Positions 30,498 to 32,000 of a stretch of DNA of 32,000 nucleotides are shown piece after piece. Each line of letters starts with the position of its first letter. Within the stretch, counting starts at the first letter, position 1. The position numbers were made by a program, and so were the translations under genes. The stretch spans positions 240,001-272,000 of the forward strand of contig NZ_CP195536.1 of the NCBI RefSeq assembly GCF_051307035.1, given 5' to 3'. This DNA is from Psychrobacter sp. DM4. GTDB taxonomy: Bacteria; Pseudomonadota; Gammaproteobacteria; Pseudomonadales; Moraxellaceae. The notes below the pieces were generated by a model. It was not told the DNA's origin. It saw nothing but the letters and a program-made list of their open reading frames with translations, and ran no database searches.

Positions 30498-30992
30498 CTA
30501 TAGTTCTATTGAGAAATTTTCACCTAAGCTTTTTTCAATAGCCGTATCTGTTACTGCTGCGGCTGCCATTTTAGCAGCGCTAGCGATAGCATTACCATTG
30601 GCCCAATATTCAGCGCCATGCGGGACGACTTTGATTAGCTGAACCTCTGAATCATCAATGCCCTTTTTGAAGTAGGCGTTGTACATGACTGACCACAGCT
30701 CCTCAAGCTTTTCTCTATCTTCGACCAGTTCTGCCTTACCTGTAATAGACAGGTAGTTTTTGTCGTCCTGACTAACATAAGCCAAATTCACCTGTGGATT
30801 TTTTTCGATGTTAGCAATCGTCTCAGACGGCTTATGGCCGATGAACCAAATTTCTTTGGCACCAATGCTTGTCTCAGTCGTATTCATCGGGCAAGAATGC
30901 AGATGATCCTCATGAGTACGCGTGGTCATCATCGTATATTTAATGTCATTTACCATGACCTGAATTTTATCCATCTGCTCTTGTTTACTCAT
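30498..30992 (-). CDS. pyridoxamine 5'-phosphate oxidase-like protein (general stress protein 26 family), copy 1
   Basis: 164-aa ORF with the GSP26/PNPOx-like pattern (MMTT...H..PM...E......IWF......S....I..NP.V.L.Y......NYLS..G.AE.V.D..K..ELW). Confidence 0.85.
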   Translation of the reverse strand: MSKQEQMDKIQVMVNDIKYTMMTTRTHEDHLHSCPMNTTETSIGAKEIWFIGHKPSETIANIEKNPQVNLAYVSQDDKNYLSITGKAELVEDREKLEELWSVMYNAYFKKGIDDSEVQLIKVVPHGAEYWANGNAIASAAKMAAAAVTDTAIEKSLGENFSIEL

Positions 30993-31178
30993 AATAGAAT
31001 TCCTTTTAATTTATATGATTATTTATTGATATAGCGATATCTTTTAGAAGATATCTCCCGATATTGAAACAGCTACTAACCATGAATATAGCGAAATAGG
31101 CGAATACAACGCTACAGCTAGTGTGTAATACGCTATGAAGATTTGTAAACTCTATATCTCATATGGAATATTTTAAAC

Positions 31179-31216
31179 ATAAAAAAACGTCAATAAGAGC
31201 TCTCTTATTGACGTTT
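31179..31216 (-). terminator. rho-independent terminator after GSP26-like copy 2
   Basis: Perfect 15-bp stem aaacgtcaataagag / ctcttattgacgttt. On the minus strand it is followed by T7. Confidence 0.7.
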
Positions 31217-31239
31217 AAAATGAATTTAGAACTCTTTAT

Positions 31240-31734
31240 TTATAACGAGATATTAAATTGCTCACCCATATCTTCAGCAGTTTTACCATCTTGTAAGGCA
31301 GCAGATACCATCTTAAACATATTCACAGTAGAGCTACCGCTTATCCAGCACTCAACGCCATGCGGTACAACTTTGATCAATTGCACGTTTTCATCTTCTT
31401 TACCGTGTTCAAACCACGCATTATAAACAGGTGACCAAAGCTCTTCTAGCTTAGCTTTGTCCGTTGGCAATTCAGCGTTGGCGCTAACTGAGACATAGTT
31501 TTTTTCGTCTTGAGTAGCATAGGATAATCCAATTTTTGGATTGTCTTGGATGTCTTTGACTACATCTGAGGACTTATCCCCAATGAACCAGATCTCTTTG
31601 CCACCGATACTGCTTTCGCTAGTGGTCATCGGCCAAGCATGGACATCGCCCTTGCTGTTTATAGTACTCATCATGGCAAACTTAACGTCTTTAATAACAT
31701 CTTGTACTTTATCGATATTCTCTTGCTTACTCAT
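31240..31734 (-). CDS. pyridoxamine 5'-phosphate oxidase-like protein (general stress protein 26 family), copy 2
   Basis: 164-aa ORF of the same length as copy 1 and co-linear with it. Shared blocks include MSKQE, KEIWFIG, EKNY, KLEELWS and VQLIKVVPHG. Confidence 0.85.
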   Translation of the reverse strand: MSKQENIDKVQDVIKDVKFAMMSTINSKGDVHAWPMTTSESSIGGKEIWFIGDKSSDVVKDIQDNPKIGLSYATQDEKNYVSVSANAELPTDKAKLEELWSPVYNAWFEHGKEDENVQLIKVVPHGVECWISGSSTVNMFKMVSAALQDGKTAEDMGEQFNISL

Positions 31735-31884
31735 AAAACATCCTTTTTATATTGTTTATTTTAGTGTTAGTTTTATCTTTTCATTTAACTGCCTGTAGCA
31801 TAACGATAATGGTGGCTAAAGTTATATAGGCTGCCAGTAATACGATGTGAGCGTTTGTAAGCTATATAACGGTTAGGTAAAAAT

Positions 31885-32000
31885 ATGACAAGCTTGATGA
31901 TTATCAAATTATACGGCTTTTACCTGATTATTACGGGTCTTCTTGTTATAATGCGCAGACCCTCTACTTTGTATAGCAGCGCGTCTGCTATGGCCTATAT
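31885..32000 (+). CDS. possible small membrane protein, 5' fragment (runs off window)
   Basis: An ATG at 31885 with AGGT 9 nt upstream remains open to the window end. The translation is MTSLMIIKLYGFYLIITGLLVIMRRPSTLYSSASAMAY, which has one hydrophobic helix. Only 38 codons are visible, so support is weak. Confidence 0.3.
   Translation, partial: MTSLMIIKLYGFYLIITGLLVIMRRPSTLYSSASAMAY

Noticed and set aside
30407-31239. tRNA genes downstream of pgsA, as in the E. coli pgsA-glyW-cysT-leuZ arrangement
   Set aside because: I scanned for T-arm motifs like GGTTCGAATCC and for cloverleaf-sized GC-rich segments and found none. The region is occupied by a terminator and the GSP26-like gene.

Overview
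This window looks like ordinary chromosomal DNA from a gammaproteobacterium. The ispE-lolB-TPR genes lying divergent from hemA, together with the protein sequences, suggest Moraxellaceae (Psychrobacter/Acinetobacter-like), but that is inference only. About 90% of the window is coding. I support 28 protein genes. They cover housekeeping functions (ispE partial, lolB, hemA, pgsA, acs) and several flavin/redox enzymes (fadH, a nemA-like OYE reductase, pirin, an HI0933-type flavoprotein, a renalase-like oxidoreductase). There is also a class V aminotransferase, a split YeeE/YedE membrane pair, a serine hydrolase and a large lipoprotein. A tightly coupled six-gene HAAT-type ABC importer operon has an acyl-CoA ligase embedded in it. 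Two tandem PNPOx-like 'general stress protein 26' paralogs complete the set. Most operon ends carry clear rho-independent terminator hairpins. I found no rRNA, tRNA, CRISPR array, IS element, integrase, recognisable defence system or transcription regulator. The regions worth a second look are two small AT-rich orphan-gene insertions in terminator-to-promoter gaps between conserved genes. The first (9.46-10.4 kb) encodes a 172-aa protein that uses only AGR arginine codons and has a central R-x4-H motif. It is preceded by a G9 homopolymer inside a Shine-Dalgarno-led 26-codon mini-ORF and followed by a ~140-nt imperfect hairpin. The second (28.45-29.68 kb) encodes a 290-aa protein with an N-terminal D...EVK motif like that of PD-(D/E)xK nucleases. 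Both functional readings are motif-level inference and need structure or homology searches. I cannot claim a defined novel system from sequence alone.
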